Source: Phycisphaerales bacterium
GTDB taxonomy: Bacteria > Planctomycetota > Phycisphaerae > Phycisphaerales > UBA1924
Assembly: GCA_036823255.1 (NCBI GenBank)
Contig: DAISGC010000001.1
Coordinates: forward strand, 18,836-82,835
Direction: 5' to 3'
Length of the DNA stretch: 64,000 bases
Part shown: piece after piece, positions 25,229-35,469 of the stretch
Layout of the letters: each line of letters starts with the position of its first letter
Position numbering within the stretch: position 1 is the stretch's first letter
Notes under the pieces: model-generated
The model's database searches: none
Told to the model about the DNA's origin: nothing
Seen by the model: only the letters and a program-made list of their open reading frames with translations
Translations under genes and position numbers: made by a program

Positions 25229-26332
25229 TCAGCGGTTGCCGGTGGCGACCACGTCGTACCCCTTCAGGCCCTGAGCAGTCCAGCGGAAGTAGCCCTTGAC
25301 GCGGTCAGAGACGCGGCCGGAGAGCGTCGGGTGGTCGTATCCGCGGAAGCCGGTGGACGGGTTGTAGTCGTACGTCGTCCAGGCGTACACGCGCTGCCCG
25401 TTCCGCGGGTCGAGCGCGGCGGTCGGGGAGCCCGGGTTGTCCGGACGCCATCCGTACTGAACGTTCTGGTTCTTTGTGAAGCGAACCGAGGTATCGATAA
25501 AGGCCAGCGGCTGGGCCGCCTGGTCGTAGGCGTGCCAGATGGGAACCTTGCAGCCGCGACTGTGCCGGTCAAACACGTCGAACATGAGCACCTTTTGCGA
25601 GGGGAAGTTCACCTCGTCAAAGCGGCGCTTACCGATCGGGAAGCTGGCGTTCTGGAAGATGTGGTGGAAGTTGTCGTACGCGAAGGCCGGGAAGATCGTT
25701 GTCCCCTGCCGCCTGTCAACGGAGAAGGCAACCGGGACGAGCTGGTAGGTGGACCAGAATGGGCGGTACATCTCATACGCGCCGTTGGGAATCGCCGAGG
25801 TCTCAGGCCCGGCGCCCATGAGCACGGCACGGTTGCCGACGTTGCGCTGCCAGAGGTTGACCCAGCTATCCGACGGGCAGCCCACGGCGGGGACGACCGC
25901 GTTGGTCCCGCCGAGGTACCAGCCGTCGACCAGCGGGAGGTGCCAGTAGTTCCGGTTGAAGTACCGATTCTGGACGAGGGTGAGGTTCTGGCTCGATCGG
26001 CGATCGAGAATGTCCTTGGCCTGCTTGCCCTGGATCAGCAGGATGCCGTCACCCCCGATGACGCTCAGCGGCGTGTCGCCGTTGACGAAGGGTCGGCCGG
26101 CGGTGCCGGGCGTCCAGTTCAGTGCGGCGATCTGGCCTTTGGAGTCCGAGCCATAGGTGAAGGACGCGGTGACGAGCTGCCGCATGTTGGACATGCACAC
26201 CGACGTGCGGGCTGCGTTTCGTGCGTTGCACATTCCCGGCAGGAGCAGCGAGATGAGCAGCGCGATGATCGCAAGCACCAGCAGCAGCTCGATGAGCGTG
26301 AACGCCCGGCGAATCGTTGCAGTTCGGTTCAT
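25229..26332 (-). CDS. Prepilin-type N-terminal cleavage/methylation domain protein, DUF1559-like
   Basis: The N-terminus is [32 protein letters not shown], followed by a conserved [10 protein letters not shown]. The C-terminus has H...FIDTSVRF. An AGGAGG lies about 12 nt upstream of the ATG at 26332. Confidence 0.8.
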   Translation of the reverse strand: MNRTATIRRAFTLIELLLVLAIIALLISLLLPGMCNARNAARTSVCMSNMRQLVTASFTYGSDSKGQIAALNWTPGTAGRPFVNGDTPLSVIGGDGILLIQGKQAKDILDRRSSQNLTLVQNRYFNRNYWHLPLVDGWYLGGTNAVVPAVGCPSDSWVNLWQRNVGNRAVLMGAGPETSAIPNGAYEMYRPFWSTYQLVPVAFSVDRRQGTTIFPAFAYDNFHHIFQNASFPIGKRRFDEVNFPSQKVLMFDVFDRHSRGCKVPIWHAYDQAAQPLAFIDTSVRFTKNQNVQYGWRPDNPGSPTAALDPRNGQRVYAWTTYDYNPSTGFRGYDHPTLSGRVSDRVKGYFRWTAQGLKGYDVVATGNR

Positions 26333-26450
26333 GGCTGACTCCAACCTCCTTGCGCCCCCCAGAATGTCCAAGTATCGCACACACTCCGGCCATCGGCTGC
26401 ACAACTTGGCCAAAAGACAATAATCCGCAAGAAATGCCGTCTGGGACGTG

Positions 26451-27506
26451 TTAGCGTCGGACTTCGCCGCCGCCGAAGTCGATTCCGCGGATTCCCCCGC
26501 GGGTCCAGCGGAACATGCCGATCATGGGGTCCTGCGCCGCACCGCTGAGGGTTCTGGGTTCCTGGCCGGGGACGGGGTAGTAGGTGTAGCTGGTGACGGG
26601 GGCGGTGGGGGCGGCGGCCTGGGTGTTGGGCGGGCGCCAGCCGCGGTTCGCCGCACCGGTGCGACGCAGGCCCACCGAGCCGTCGAACATGATGAGGGGC
26701 TGCCAGGCCGAGTTGTACGCGTGCCAGATGGTCCGCTTGGCGTAGTGCCGATCGAACAGGTCGAACATCCAGACCTTCTGAGACGGAAACGCGACGTCAT
26801 CGATGAATCTGGACGTGAAGGGCGTCAGGCCGGGGAAGACCTCATAGAGCATGTGGTATCCGGGTGCTCCGCTGGCCTGGCGGATGACGTAGGGGCCGAT
26901 CTCCGGAGACCAGGCGTTGGGGACGTACTGGTAGGTCATCCAGAATGGGTAGATCTTCTTGTAGTTCACCTCGGAGGGGGGGTCGATGTCCCCGACCTGG
27001 GCGATGGCTCGCTGATAGTTCTCAACGTTTCGCTGGTAGACCAGGGTCTGGCGATCTTCCGGGCAGGCGGCGACGGGGTCAGGGAGTTTCTCGGTGAGGT
27101 AGCCGCCGTCGAGCAACGGGAGGTGGCCGAAGTTCCGATCGACCATGCGGTTGTTGATGACGCCGTAGTACGTGGAGTTGCCGGTGCGCCGGCGCACGAT
27201 GTCGACGGCCTGGTTGGCGTGGGCCTGGATGAAGTCGCCGGTGTGGGCGTTGAGATCGCCCCAGTTGCTGACGTTGGTGGTGGGGCCCCAGGTGTACGCG
27301 CAGAGCCGGCCCTTCCACTCACTGGCATAGTTGTGGTTGCCGGCGGCGACCTGGCGTTGGTTGCTCATGCAGATGGAGACGCGGGCGGCCTTGCGGGCCT
27401 TGCCCAGGGAGGGGAGCAGGATGGAGATCAGCAGCGCGATGATCGCCACAACGAGCAGGAGCTCGATGAGGGTGAACGCGCGACGAGCCAGAGCGATGCG
27501 AGCCAT
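26451..27506 (-). CDS. Prepilin-type N-terminal cleavage/methylation domain protein, DUF1559-like (paralog)
   Basis: The N-terminus is [53 protein letters not shown]. The C-terminus has [19 protein letters not shown]. Confidence 0.8.
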   Translation of the reverse strand: MARIALARRAFTLIELLLVVAIIALLISILLPSLGKARKAARVSICMSNQRQVAAGNHNYASEWKGRLCAYTWGPTTNVSNWGDLNAHTGDFIQAHANQAVDIVRRRTGNSTYYGVINNRMVDRNFGHLPLLDGGYLTEKLPDPVAACPEDRQTLVYQRNVENYQRAIAQVGDIDPPSEVNYKKIYPFWMTYQYVPNAWSPEIGPYVIRQASGAPGYHMLYEVFPGLTPFTSRFIDDVAFPSQKVWMFDLFDRHYAKRTIWHAYNSAWQPLIMFDGSVGLRRTGAANRGWRPPNTQAAAPTAPVTSYTYYPVPGQEPRTLSGAAQDPMIGMFRWTRGGIRGIDFGGGEVRR

Positions 27507-27680
27507 GCAACGCCTCCCATGCCAACGACGGATCTTCCAGAATCAGAACGATCTGGAGGCACCCAACCCGGACGACACCGAGAACCGATGCCGTATCCAA
27601 GGGAGTAGTTTGCAGGATTTTGCAAGGGCGTGCAAGTTCGCCGCAGCGAAATCCGTGGAAAACTCACCTAAAGGTCTTTG

Positions 27681-28550
27681 TTAGGGAGTGCCCGAGTCCG
27701 CGCCGGAGGACTTGAACGGATCAGGCGGGAGGGTTTCCGGGAGCTGGAAGACCTCCACGCGTTGATTGCCGGCGTGTTCCTGTGCGGTCCTGGCTCTCGG
27801 GGTGGGCAGATCGGAGTCGCCCATCGAGACAACGCGGATCTGCCGCCATTCGACGCCCTTCTCGGCGAGCGCTTGAGCGACGGCAAATGCCCGCTCAAAC
27901 GAGAGCATGCGGGACTCGGCGATGTCGCGAGTGGCTTCCAGCCGGCTGGCGTGCCCTCGGACTTCGATGATCCATCGCGTGCCCACGAACTTCTTGGCAA
28001 CGTCGGCGATGGCATCCCTGGAACTGGTGGAGAGTTCGGACGAGCGATCGTCGAAGTCGACATAGGCGGCGGGCGTGCGCATGTCGGTTGCGCGGATGCT
28101 CTGGGCGCTCTTGTCGTCGCCGGTGACACCTTTTTCGGGGCTCTGACCCTGCCCCTCCATCTCGGCCCGTTTCTCGAAGATGCGCTTGATGAGCGGCAGG
28201 TCTTCGGGTTTGGTCGAGGAGAGATCGACTGGGGAGTTGAAGGCCTCGCGAACGGCGATGGCGAAGTCGATGAGGGCTGCGTCCTGGGCTTTGGCGCTGG
28301 TTTTGTCGCCCTCGTCGGTGGGGCCCTTGGCCTTGACGCCCATGTTCATGGCGAGGAGGATGACGAAGAAGCCCATCTGCAGGAGCACGTTGTCGGCGAA
28401 GGAGACGACCCACTCCGGGACGCCTTCCTCGTGCTCTTCGTGTCCGCCGTGGCCCCCGTGGTGCTTGTGCTTTTTGTGGGCGTGGCCATCGCCGTGACCG
28501 CCGCCGCCGCCACCGCCACCGCCGTGATCATCTTTGTGTTCTTCGGCCAT
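27681..28550 (-). CDS. motB: MotB/OmpA-family stator protein with His/Gly-rich N-terminus
   Basis: The sequence WVVSFADNVLLQMGFFVILLAMN is the MotB plug/TM segment with the conserved Asp. The C-terminus is OmpA-like (IIEVRGHAS...SFERAFAVAQALAEKG...RVVSMGDSDL...NQRVEV). Confidence 0.7.
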   Translation of the reverse strand: MAEEHKDDHGGGGGGGGGHGDGHAHKKHKHHGGHGGHEEHEEGVPEWVVSFADNVLLQMGFFVILLAMNMGVKAKGPTDEGDKTSAKAQDAALIDFAIAVREAFNSPVDLSSTKPEDLPLIKRIFEKRAEMEGQGQSPEKGVTGDDKSAQSIRATDMRTPAAYVDFDDRSSELSTSSRDAIADVAKKFVGTRWIIEVRGHASRLEATRDIAESRMLSFERAFAVAQALAEKGVEWRQIRVVSMGDSDLPTPRARTAQEHAGNQRVEVFQLPETLPPDPFKSSGADSGTP

Positions 28551-28607
28551 TGGGCGACTCTCTGGCGTGCACGGGTGGTGGGCCCGTGGCTGTGGTCATG
28601 AGGGAGA

Positions 28608-29387
28608 TCAGGCGGCGACCTTGATCTTGGAGCGTTCCTTGGGTGCGGCGAAGGCGGCCATCTTGTCGAGGGTGGCGCGTGGGTTGTCTCCGGCCTGGAT
28701 GGAGAGGATGCCCTGGATCATCATCTCGCGGCTGAGGATCTCCTCCCCGGAGCGCATGGCGAGCTTGTCGCCGATCGGTCCGGCGATGCAGTTGGCCATG
28801 ACGGTGCCGTACATGGTGGCGACGACGGCGACGGCGAGCATCTTGCCCATGAGCTCGATGGAGCCGCCGAGTGCCTGGAACATGCCGATCTGGCCGATGA
28901 GCGTGGCGGTGAGGGCGATGCCAGGGCCGTAGACCTTGATGATGTCGAAGAACTTCTTGCCGGCCTTGTGGCGGTCCTGCATGGCCATGACCTGCATGCG
29001 GAGTGTGGCCTCGATGGTGTCCGGGTCGGATCCGTCGACGGCCATCTTGAGGCCCTGAGCGAGGAACTCGTCGTTGATCTTCTGCAGCTCGGTCTCGAGT
29101 GCGAGGATGCCGTCGCGGCGGGCCTTCTCGGCGAGGGCGTACATGATCTCGGCGATCTCGGCGGGCTCCTTGCCGTTGTAGAAGAAGTAGCGTCGGCAGT
29201 ATCCGGGGACCTTGGCGATCTTCTTCATGGGCATGGCCATGAAGATGGCGGCGAGGGTGCCGCCGACGACCATGATGGCGCCCTTCTCAGACCAAAGGGC
29301 TTGCAGTTGCCCGTGCGTGGCCATCCAGAAGACGACGGCGCAGCAGACGGTCATGACGACTGAACCGATGACGCTGGCCTTGTCCAT
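28608..29387 (-). CDS. motA: MotA/TolQ/ExbB-family proton channel protein
   Basis: It has a 4-TM layout with a cytoplasmic loop (ARRDGILALE...) and a C-terminal channel helix pair (YGPGIALTATLIGQIGMF...LAVAVVATMYGTVMANCIAGPI). A GGAGG lies upstream of the ATG at 29387, and motB is immediately downstream. Confidence 0.75.
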   Translation of the reverse strand: MDKASVIGSVVMTVCCAVVFWMATHGQLQALWSEKGAIMVVGGTLAAIFMAMPMKKIAKVPGYCRRYFFYNGKEPAEIAEIMYALAEKARRDGILALETELQKINDEFLAQGLKMAVDGSDPDTIEATLRMQVMAMQDRHKAGKKFFDIIKVYGPGIALTATLIGQIGMFQALGGSIELMGKMLAVAVVATMYGTVMANCIAGPIGDKLAMRSGEEILSREMMIQGILSIQAGDNPRATLDKMAAFAAPKERSKIKVAA

Positions 29388-29588
29388 CCGGGCCTCCGAG
29401 GAGCCGAACGCGTGCGCGAGCTTCGCGCGACGCCGTCGGCGGAGGGAGATCGACGCTCGGAGCAACTGGATTGATCAGAGGCCAATGGCCCGGCGGGAAG
29501 CGGTCAGAATGGGCTCGGCATAGACGGGATGCGCGGACTTTTTGCGGTGGCGAGCGGGCGTTATGGGGCCTGTGGGCGCCGGGCGTGA

Positions 29589-30818
29589 TCAGGGCACGAG
29601 AGTCATGACCGGCACGCGGAGGTCGACGCGCCTGCGGTCTCGGATGACGGAGACGTCGATGGCCTCGCCGGTCTCGAAGAGTTCGGTGGGCCGGGTGCAG
29701 GAGAGTTCGCGGAGGCGGCGTCCGCCGAGGCGGATGACGATGTCGCCCGGGGTGAGACCTCCGGCGTCGGTGGGAACGTCCGGAAAGATGCGGTCGACGG
29801 TCCACATGCCCTCGCCATAGGCGAAGCCGACGCCGATGCCGCGGACAGGGGCGGAGGTGATGACCGGTCCGGATGCGGAGGGTGTGAAGCGGACGCGTTT
29901 GGATCGCGCGTCGAAGGTGATGACCAGGGACTTGAGGGCGTCGGCGCCGACGAGGTCGGAGGACTCGGAGCGTTCGACGACGGGCTTTGGGAAGGTGATT
30001 CCGCCGAGGGAGAGGTCGTCGGCGAGACGGGCGGCCTTGAGTTCGAATGGTCCGCCGATGGCGACGCCCATGGCGACGGTGGATGGCGGGCTGCTGAAGT
30101 TCTGGTCGTCAAAGTCAGCGAAGGTGAAGCCGCCGGCCTTGCCAGTGTCCAGGAGCAGACGCTTGGTGCGTGCCGAGGGGCCCGAGCCGATGCGTGCGCG
30201 GACCTCGGGTCGGTCGGATCGGATGAGCGGGAGGATGAACTGATCATCGGCCGGCGGGAGGGATCCGCCGGCGACGCGAACGGCGGCGCCGGGATAGTCG
30301 ATGGTGAGCAGGACCTCGCGGAAGGCGTCGAAGCCGAGGATGCCGTCGACGCGCGTGCCGAGGACCGCCTGGATGGACGAAAGGTCGAGCACGATGGCCT
30401 CGAAGCCCATGAACGTCACGTCACCGGCGGTCAGGGACTCGATGCGGATGACGCGATCGATGGGCTGGCGTCGGCCTTGCGAGCCGATGGCGTAGCCGTC
30501 GCTGGGGCGTGAGAAGTCGGTGAGTCGGCCGCCGGCCTGCTGGGAAAGGACGGTGGCCGCCGCGCCGGTGTCCAGGAGCAGGGTGAACGGGCCACGATCG
30601 TTGATGCGGGTGGTGATGAGGAAGTAGTTCCCGCAGCGTCGCGTGGGCAGTGCGTGCTCTTTGTCGCCCGGCGGGAGCAGGACGCGGTCGGCAACGCGAT
30701 CGAGCCCGGAGGATGATGGCGACCCGGACGCGCACCCACCCAGCAGGCCCATGGCGATGGCGAAGCCCGCGGCGAGGATTGGGAGGGCGGAGGGGCGGCC
30801 GAGGCGGGGAGGATGCAT
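29589..30818 (-). CDS. Lipoprotein with two retropepsin-like aspartyl protease domains and a C-terminal PDZ domain
   Basis: It has a lipobox (AMGLLGGCAS). Two DTG motifs are present (FTLLLDTGAAATVLS and KRLLLDTGKAGGFTF). The PDZ-like C-terminus reads GIGVGFAYGEGMWTVDRIFPDVPTDAGGLTPGDIVIRLGG. Confidence 0.7.
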   Translation of the reverse strand: MHPPRLGRPSALPILAAGFAIAMGLLGGCASGSPSSSGLDRVADRVLLPPGDKEHALPTRRCGNYFLITTRINDRGPFTLLLDTGAAATVLSQQAGGRLTDFSRPSDGYAIGSQGRRQPIDRVIRIESLTAGDVTFMGFEAIVLDLSSIQAVLGTRVDGILGFDAFREVLLTIDYPGAAVRVAGGSLPPADDQFILPLIRSDRPEVRARIGSGPSARTKRLLLDTGKAGGFTFADFDDQNFSSPPSTVAMGVAIGGPFELKAARLADDLSLGGITFPKPVVERSESSDLVGADALKSLVITFDARSKRVRFTPSASGPVITSAPVRGIGVGFAYGEGMWTVDRIFPDVPTDAGGLTPGDIVIRLGGRRLRELSCTRPTELFETGEAIDVSVIRDRRRVDLRVPVMTLVP

Positions 30819-30924
30819 GGGCGATGGTACCGACGGGGCCCGCTACAGTGGCGGGAGTTGTGAGCGTCGTCGACCCCCGGTGGATCTGGCCGCCGGGGGC
30901 GCGCCTGCGCGTTGGTTGTCAAGC

Positions 30925-33900
30925 ATGAACCTGATCGAGCACTTTGCACGAGATGAGCGTGTTCGAGCGTCGGCGGAGGACGCGGCGCGTGGGAAGCGCG
31001 TGCTGCTGCGCGGCTCGCAGGGGTCATCGGGTTCGCTTGTGGCGGCGGCGCTCGGGCGTGTGCGCGTGCGGATGGTCGTGCTGGTTGTCGGGCACTTGGA
31101 TGAGGCCGACGAGGCTCTGGACGAGCTGAACGCCGCGGGTGTGCGTGCGGTGCGATTGCCGGCCATGGAGGTGCTGCCCGGAGAGACGGGCGTGAGCATG
31201 GAGCTGTTCGTGGAGCGGCTTGGGGTCGTGCGCACGCTCGGTGCGATGGATCGCGGCGGGCCAGAGGGCTCGGCGCCCGGGGCGATCGACGTGCTCATCT
31301 GTCCGGTGCAGGCGCTCATGCAGCCGGTGCCGGGCCCGGAGACCATCGATCTGCTGGCGCGGACGGTGAGCGTGGGCGATCAGGTCAGCCCGGCCGATCT
31401 GGCCGCGTGGCTCGCCGGGGCCGGATACGACCGTGTCGAGACGATCGAGGAGCCGGGAGAGTTTGCGGTGCGCGGCGGGATCATCGACGTCTTCCTGCCG
31501 CCGGGTGCGGCGAAGGAGATCGGGGGATCGCTCGGCGCAGGGGCAGGGGTTCGTCTGGACTTCTTCGGCGACGAGGTGGACAAGATCACCGAGATCGATC
31601 TTGACACGATGGGTTCGGATCGCGCGCTGGACCGAGTTGAGCTGGTGTGTGCGGCGATCGAGCGGGTGATGCCGGCCCCCGCGCGGCCTTCGGGGGAGAG
31701 TCGCGCGGGGGCCCGTGTGCGACGGCCCGGTCGGACCGAGGGCGGAGTCGAGACGCTGGAGGCGGGCGCGATCGATGCCACCGGCGGGAGCGGGTCGTGC
31801 TCGGCTCTTGCGTATGTGCCGCGGTCGGCGATGGTGGTGCTGCATGAACCGCTGGAGGTGGTGGAGCAGGCCCGCGGGTACTACGAGCGGCTGACGGATC
31901 CGAGGATCTATGGCCCGCCGGCGGTGCTGAAGGAGCTGCAGGAGCGGTTTGCCGCAGGTGCGCGCGGGGGCGATCGCGGTGGGGGAGAGGGCGGCGGGTA
32001 CATGGAGATCGCGCAGTTCTCAGGAGCGCGTGCGAGCGGGGATGTGGAGGTCGAGCTGCCGATCAGGCCGCTGCCAGAGCTTCCGAGGGACGCCGCCGAG
32101 GGCGTCCGGGAGCTGGCCCGGATCGCGACCGACGATCAAGAGCCGTCGCGAGTGTGCGTGTACTGCGACAACGCGGCGGAGCTGTCGCGTTTCGGCGAGC
32201 TGATGGACGAGCACGCGCCCGGGGCGAAGTCGAGGGTGGACGCGGGAGTCGCGTACGTGCATCGGGGGTTCATCTGGGGCGAACCGGGCGATGCGGGCGG
32301 CGTGCTCGTGATCGTGCCGTACCACGAGCTGCTGCACCGATTCGAGACTCGGCGGCGTTTCGGATCGGCGCGGCGCGGTCGAGAGAGCGGTGCGGAGTCG
32401 CGGCTGAAGGCGGCGCGGGCGATGGACAGTTTCCTGGACTTTGGTCCCGGGGACTATGTCGTGCACCGCGATCATGGAATCGCGATCTTCCGCGGGCTGA
32501 TGGTGCAGAAGCCCCGGGAGATCAAGCGTGACGGGCCGGTGGTGCTGCCGGGCGAGAAGTCGGCGAAGAAGAGGGCAAGAGCGCGAGCGGAGCGGGACGT
32601 CGATCCGGATGAGGGGATGGAGGAGTATCTGACGCTCGAGTTCGCGGGCGGCTCGAAGCTGCACGTGCCGGCGACGAAGATCGACCATGTGCAGAAGTAC
32701 GTGGGCGGGTTCCGCGGGCAGCCGACGCTCTCGGCGCTCGGGGGGACGCGGTGGAAGAAGCAGAAGCAGAGCGTCGCCGAGAGCGTGAAGGACCTCGCGG
32801 GGGAGCTGCTGAGAATCCGGGCCGCGCGGGAGAGCATGCCGGGTGTCCGGTATCCGGGGGACACGGCGTGGCAGAGAGAGTTCGAGGAGGAGTTTCCGTT
32901 TCCGCCGACGGACGACCAGGTGGCCGCGATCGGGGAGATCAAGAAGGACATGCAGTCGGATCGCCCGATGGATCGCCTGCTGTGCGGGGATGTCGGGTAC
33001 GGGAAGACGGAGGTGGCGATCCGGGCGGCGTTCAAGGCGATGGAGTTCGGGAAGCAGGTGGCGGTGCTGGTGCCGACGACGGTGCTCGCCGAGCAGCATG
33101 ATCGGACGTTTCGCAGCCGCCTGGCCGACTATCCGTTCCGCGTGGAGAGCGTGTCGCGGTTCAAGGGGAGCAAGGAGATCAACGACACCCTCGCGGCGGT
33201 GCGCAAGGGGCAGGTGGACGTGATCATCGGGACGCATCGCCTGCTCAGCAAGGACGTGCAGTTTGCCGACCTGGGGCTGGTGATCATCGACGAGGAGCAG
33301 CGATTCGGCGTGGAGCACAAGGAGCGGCTGCTGTCGCTCCGGCTGACGGTGGACGTTCTGACCTTGAGCGCGACGCCGATCCCGCGGACGCTGCACCTGT
33401 CGATGCTGGGGCTGCGCGACATCTCGTCGCTGGCGCAGGCGCCGATGGATCGGCGGGCGGTGGTGACGGAGGTGATTCCGTACAACACGAGGCGCATCGA
33501 GCAGGCGATCAAGCGGGAGCTTGCGCGGGACGGGCAGGTGTTCTTCGTGCACAACCGCGTGCACAACATCCAGAGCGTCGCCGACGACATCCAGAAGCTG
33601 GCGCCGGATGCGAAGATCGTCATCGGGCACGGGCAGATGCCCGACGGCGAGCTGGAAGACGTGATGCTCACGTTCATGCGGCGGCAGGCCGACATCCTGG
33701 TGAGCACGACGATCATCGAGAGCGGGATCGACATCCCCACGGCGAACACGATGTTCATCAACGACGCCGACCGCTTCGGGCTCGCCGAACTGCACCAGTT
33801 GCGCGGGCGCGTGGGGCGATACAAGCACCGTGCGTATTGCTACATGCTGCTCTCGCCGGAGCGGACGGTGACCGACAAGGCGGTGAAGCGGCTGAAGGCG

Positions 33901-34590
33901 ATCGAGGAGTTCAGCATGCTGGGGGCGGGGTTCAAGATCGCGATGCGCGATCTGGAGATCCGCGGCGCGGGCAACATCCTGGGGCCGGAGCAGAGCGGGC
34001 ACATCGCGGCGGTCGGATACGAGATGTACTGCCAGTTGCTCGATTCGGCGGTGAAGGAGCTGCGTCATGAGCCGACGCAGGTGGCCAGCGAGACGAGCGT
34101 GGAGATCGGGCTCAGCGGGATGATCCCGAAGCGGTACATCTCCTCGGACGCGCGGCGCATGGGCGCGTACAGGCGCATCGCGGTGGCCCAGACGGGCGCG
34201 GAGCTTGACAGGATCGAGACGGAACTGAAACAGGCGTATGGGGACGAGCTCCCGCAGGCGACGCGCCGGTTGATCGACTTGGCGGCGCTGCGTGTGGCGG
34301 GGATGTCGCTGGGGGTTCGATCGATCGCGGTGAGGGGTCCGGACGTGCTGCTGCGGGCCAGGCCGGGGGATGCGCCCGCGGTGTACGAGCGATTGTCGCG
34401 CTCGCCCGCTGGCGAGCCTGCGCGGGGGCCGCAGCACGCCCCGCAGCGAGGGGCGGTGCAGGAGTTCCATGTGACGCTGCTGGAGCCCAGGAGCGGGGAG
34501 GAACTGGCGGAGGTCTACTTCAGGCCGCCGCCGGGATACATGGAGCCGACGACGCTGCTGCGCGTGCTTCGCGATCGGCTTGCGGGTTGA
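30925..34590 (+). CDS. mfd: Transcription-repair coupling factor
   Basis: It has an UvrB-homology N-terminus, a CarD/RID region (DYVVHRDHGIAIFRG) and SF2 helicase motifs (LLCGDVGYGKTEVAIRAAF, VIIDEEQRFGV, LTLSATPIPRTL, QLRGRVGR). The TRG motif and C-terminal domain are present. I trimmed to the ATG at 30925. Confidence 0.95.
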   Translation: MNLIEHFARDERVRASAEDAARGKRVLLRGSQGSSGSLVAAALGRVRVRMVVLVVGHLDEADEALDELNAAGVRAVRLPAMEVLPGETGVSMELFVERLGVVRTLGAMDRGGPEGSAPGAIDVLICPVQALMQPVPGPETIDLLARTVSVGDQVSPADLAAWLAGAGYDRVETIEEPGEFAVRGGIIDVFLPPGAAKEIGGSLGAGAGVRLDFFGDEVDKITEIDLDTMGSDRALDRVELVCAAIERVMPAPARPSGESRAGARVRRPGRTEGGVETLEAGAIDATGGSGSCSALAYVPRSAMVVLHEPLEVVEQARGYYERLTDPRIYGPPAVLKELQERFAAGARGGDRGGGEGGGYMEIAQFSGARASGDVEVELPIRPLPELPRDAAEGVRELARIATDDQEPSRVCVYCDNAAELSRFGELMDEHAPGAKSRVDAGVAYVHRGFIWGEPGDAGGVLVIVPYHELLHRFETRRRFGSARRGRESGAESRLKAARAMDSFLDFGPGDYVVHRDHGIAIFRGLMVQKPREIKRDGPVVLPGEKSAKKRARARAERDVDPDEGMEEYLTLEFAGGSKLHVPATKIDHVQKYVGGFRGQPTLSALGGTRWKKQKQSVAESVKDLAGELLRIRAARESMPGVRYPGDTAWQREFEEEFPFPPTDDQVAAIGEIKKDMQSDRPMDRLLCGDVGYGKTEVAIRAAFKAMEFGKQVAVLVPTTVLAEQHDRTFRSRLADYPFRVESVSRFKGSKEINDTLAAVRKGQVDVIIGTHRLLSKDVQFADLGLVIIDEEQRFGVEHKERLLSLRLTVDVLTLSATPIPRTLHLSMLGLRDISSLAQAPMDRRAVVTEVIPYNTRRIEQAIKRELARDGQVFFVHNRVHNIQSVADDIQKLAPDAKIVIGHGQMPDGELEDVMLTFMRRQADILVSTTIIESGIDIPTANTMFINDADRFGLAELHQLRGRVGRYKHRAYCYMLLSPERTVTDKAVKRLKAIEEFSMLGAGFKIAMRDLEIRGAGNILGPEQSGHIAAVGYEMYCQLLDSAVKELRHEPTQVASETSVEIGLSGMIPKRYISSDARRMGAYRRIAVAQTGAELDRIETELKQAYGDELPQATRRLIDLAALRVAGMSLGVRSIAVRGPDVLLRARPGDAPAVYERLSRSPAGEPARGPQHAPQRGAVQEFHVTLLEPRSGEELAEVYFRPPPGYMEPTTLLRVLRDRLAG

Positions 34591-34686
34591 TCGCGCGTGC
34601 TCGGTCGGTCCACGATCACCTCCCGGGAAAGCGGCTTCGGATCAACGGGCTGAGACCGGACCGGGCGATTTCCCATAGACTCAGCC

Positions 34687-35469
34687 GTGGCCTTCGCCCC
34701 TCCAGGCATCCCGGTCGGCGCGCCGTACTGCGGCTATTGCGGGTACGCGCTTGCGAATCTGAATGATGCTTCCCGGTGTCCGGAGTGCGGTCGCCCCCTG
34801 GTCGAGGTGCTGGTGCGCAAGACCGCCGCGTTCAACACCGTGCGCGCGGTCCGCATCAGGTCCGAGGTGACTGTGTTTGGTCTGCCTCTGTATCACGTTG
34901 CGTTCGGGCCGCGACTGGAGCATGGTGAGCGTTTCGGACTGGCACGCGGCGTGGTCGCGCTCGGGGATGTTGCCGTCGGCGGGGTGGCGATCGGCGGATC
35001 GGCGTTCGGGGTGATCGCGCTCGGCGGCGCAGCGTTCGGACTGGCCTCGATCGGGGGGATGTCCGTCGGGCTGCTTGGTGCGCTCGGCGGGTGCGCGATC
35101 GGCGGCGTCGCCGTCGGGGGCGGCGCGGTCGGGGTGTGCGCCAGCGGTGGAGGAGCCGCCGGCATCGTCGCGCAAGGAGGTGGGGCGTATGGCATCTACG
35201 CGCGTGGACCTGGCGCGTCTGGTACGCACGTGATCGCGCCGAATCGCGGGATCAACGACCCGGCTGCGGTCGAGATGTTCAAGAGTCTTGCGCCGATCAT
35301 GGGCTCGGCCCCGCCGACCGGTCTACAGGGGATTGCGCAGATCGCGATCGTCCCGCTCTCGATCGGTTTCGTGCTGCTGATCCTGATGGCGATGCTCGTG
35401 CTCGCGTTTCGGAGAACCCCGGGCAACCCGTACGCGACTCCGGAGCAGAGACGGAGCATGATCCCATGA
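34687..35469 (+). CDS. Hypothetical membrane protein: N-terminal zinc-ribbon (CxxC...CxxC) plus Gly/Ala-zipper repeats and C-terminal TM
   Basis: It has a GTG start. The zinc ribbon reads YCGYCGYALANLNDASRCPECGRPL. Gly-zipper-like repeats follow (GDVAVGGVAIGGSAFGVIALGGAAFGLASIGGMSVGLLGALGGCAIGGVAVGGGAVG), then the TM helix IAIVPLSIGFVLLILMAMLVLAF. Its stop overlaps the kynB start (ATGA). Confidence 0.5.
   Translation: MAFAPPGIPVGAPYCGYCGYALANLNDASRCPECGRPLVEVLVRKTAAFNTVRAVRIRSEVTVFGLPLYHVAFGPRLEHGERFGLARGVVALGDVAVGGVAIGGSAFGVIALGGAAFGLASIGGMSVGLLGALGGCAIGGVAVGGGAVGVCASGGGAAGIVAQGGGAYGIYARGPGASGTHVIAPNRGINDPAAVEMFKSLAPIMGSAPPTGLQGIAQIAIVPLSIGFVLLILMAMLVLAFRRTPGNPYATPEQRRSMIP

Noticed and set aside
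27507-27680. Repeated TTGCA(A/G)G motifs (about 27610-27645) upstream of the second DUF1559 gene, considered as a promoter/operator.
   Set aside because: I could not find a convincing -35/-10 pair with proper spacing, so this remains only a pattern.
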